Assembly: GCA_010093995.1 (NCBI GenBank)
Contig: ML992501.1
Location: forward strand, 2,111,320-2,175,319
From: Elsinoe ampelina
Taxonomy: Eukaryota
Length of the DNA: 64,000 nt
Direction: 5' to 3'
In this document: piece by piece, positions 62,116 through 64,000 of the stretch
Layout of the letters: each line of letters starts with the position of its first letter
Position numbering within the stretch: position 1 is the stretch's first letter
The notes under the pieces: generated by a model
Database searches by the model: none
What the model saw: the letters and a program-made list of their open reading frames with translations, nothing else
What the model was told of the DNA's origin: nothing
Position numbers and translations under genes: made by a program

Positions 62116-62825
62116 TACCTTGGTGACCAAGAGATTATCATTGAACTAATTGCTTGGGACATAAGCCACACTTGCTGACGGGCGTAATTCTGTACCACCA
62201 CCCCTGCTGTCTCGAGCTGTCCCTAGCTGTCCGAAGCACCTCCATGTCGTCGCTCCATCCTGAGCGTAATCTTACTATACCAGTGGACCAATCGGATGAT
62301 ACTAGCTTGAAAATCATGCAAGACTTGGCTGTGTCTGAGACCCAATAAAGAGGGATCTGTCCCCAGGTTCCTGAGGTGCTTCTTCAACCACGTCGACCTT
62401 TGTTGTCCGCTGACCTTTTCGCATCTCACGTGTCAGATCCTTGCTGGTACAGGGCCTCAGAAGCGAGCAGTCCATGCCGCAGAGTACGAGGGTAACGACT
62501 CGCGTTATCGGCGGGATTGGCGCAGGGAAAAGTGGTGTAGGGAGAACAGTTAGCAAGGAAAAAGTGCTGACTCCCTCCTGCCATTAAAGAGCAGAAATAT
62601 CGCTTTCCTCGCACATGCCAAAACCACATCCAGGTGACGCAATTATTCACATGTCTTTACGTTTGTAGTAGCTGCAAAAGCAGCTGAGATCCTTGTTTCC
62701 TTTTTTTCACATCGCCTCACCTAAGAAATATTCACACTACCTTTCTACAATTCCCCCTTGCGCGCAGCAACCTGAGCATCAGAACCAAGCTCCCTCATAC
62801 GATCCACCTACACGCCACCACCGCC

Positions 62826-64000
62826 ATGAACGATCGCGATGCAGGCAGTCATACGGTACCGGCGAGGTCCGTAGGTGACGTGAATGGAGATGAAGAAGTG
62901 CTGGAAGATCCTCCGACTCAGGTCGAGGTCGAAACTACCGCAGGTAATGCCTCTCCTGAACTCCTTGCCGCCCTACAACGCTGCATGTCAAACGCCAGTG
63001 CTGTGTCTCTGGATGCTGCTATCTTGGCCCCGTCACTGTCGATGCTCCAACTGGACAGCGCACCACCGTCACCAAAGCCCAAACTCGATCCTTCCAAACC
63101 TATCCTCAAGGTCAAACCTGGTGACCATCCAACTCTGGAGCTCTCTGGACGTATCATCAGCGCTGTCTTCCGACTCCCGCATTCGATGACCTTCACACAC
63201 GAAGAATCTGATCCTTGGGTGAGTCAACTCAATTCCCACGTGATACATACTGAAAAACCCCAGACACTGCAGCACCGCCCAGGTACAGCTGCCCTTCACG
63301 AATCCTTTGAATTTTTGTCGGGACCACAAGCGGCGTGGAAGCACACTCTAGTTGGCTGGACCGGAGAAATCACTCACCGCCGTGCCCGAAGAGAGATGAC
63401 CGACCACATGCTAGTACTGGAGAAATATCCACCCAAGGACCAGGAATCCACACCTTTTCCCGCCGACGGCGGCGAACGATTCCCAGAAATCCACGAACCT
63501 CTGCTGAAGATCAAACGTGTTGATCGCGCCAAACTCGAACACCGCCTATCACACAGTCGCGGCATCAACATGGTCCCTGTCTGGTTCACCGATGACATCG
63601 ACGAAGCGGGTGACACTTTCATCTTTGGTGATCAAGACAAGTGGCGTGAGTTCATCATCGAGGACGTTTTCCCAGTCTTTCATTACATCCAGCCAGAAGT
63701 AGGCCCGGCAAAGGACCAGATCAAGCGATGGCAGGACTATGTCAAATTCAACAAGAAGTTCGCGGATAGGATTCTCGAGATTTACCGACCAGGGGACACC
63801 GTCATTGTCCATGACTACGACCTAATGCTGGTTCCCGCCATGCTCCGAGCTCGAGCGAAGGATATCAAAATTGCATTCCACATGCACACGACGTTTCCCA
63901 CCTACGAATACTTTCGCTGCTTGTCAAATCGAGACGAACTCATGGAGGGTCTTCTTGGCGCAGACATGATTGCCTTCCAGTGCTCTACATTTGTGGACAA
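62826..64000 (+). CDS. Trehalose-phosphate synthase/phosphatase family (GT20) protein, Tps2/OrlA-like, truncated at window end
   Basis: Exons 62826-63218 and 63264->64000. LSGRIISA, WKHTLVGWTGEI, YRPGDTVIVHDYDLMLVPAMLR, EYFRCL..GLLGADMIAFQ. Confidence 0.87.
   Translation, partial: MNDRDAGSHTVPARSVGDVNGDEEVLEDPPTQVEVETTAGNASPELLAALQRCMSNASAVSLDAAILAPSLSMLQLDSAPPSPKPKLDPSKPILKVKPGDHPTLELSGRIISAVFRLPHSMTFTHEESDPWVSQLNSHVIHTEKPQTLQHRPGTAALHESFEFLSGPQAAWKHTLVGWTGEITHRRARREMTDHMLVLEKYPPKDQESTPFPADGGERFPEIHEPLLKIKRVDRAKLEHRLSHSRGINMVPVWFTDDIDEAGDTFIFGDQDKWREFIIEDVFPVFHYIQPEVGPAKDQIKRWQDYVKFNKKFADRILEIYRPGDTVIVHDYDLMLVPAMLRARAKDIKIAFHMHTTFPTYEYFRCLSNRDELMEGLLGADMIAFQCSTFVD

Overview
Gene-dense eukaryotic DNA from a filamentous ascomycete (Pezizomycotina; finer taxonomy not determinable from sequence alone). 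Evidence: short ~45-60 nt GT-AG introns with CTRAC-type branch sites and fungal orthologues throughout. About 27 protein-coding genes, mostly housekeeping: PEP4 (3' part), a cytochrome P450, a Zn2Cys6 transcription factor with a 3.5 kb upstream desert, SAS2-like MYST HAT, HEM4, ERV1, an SR protein, an NDR-like kinase, a WSC protein, LTN1/RKR1, ATG26, FEN1, glutaryl-CoA dehydrogenase, UBC4, a non-canonical poly(A) polymerase-like protein, RRP14/SURF6, an L-type lectin, NDUFS8, mitochondrial ACP, VPS74, SNF5, an RCO1-like PHD protein, PA2G4/Cdb4, an EEP protein and a TPS2-like gene (5' part). No rRNA, tRNA, transposon, CRISPR array or biosynthetic cluster was recognised. Most notable unexplained structure: (1) recurrent C-rich-to-G-rich strand-skew islands at convergent gene ends, overriding codon usage; (2) an ~88 bp inverted copy of the NDUFS8 exon 2 plus splice sites just downstream of the same gene; (3) an apparently mitochondria-targeted, catalytically atypical nucleotidyltransferase; (4) uORF/5'UTR-intron leaders, two GC-AG introns, a frameshifted small gene and a candidate microprotein. 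All splice models were derived by hand and no database searches were run.
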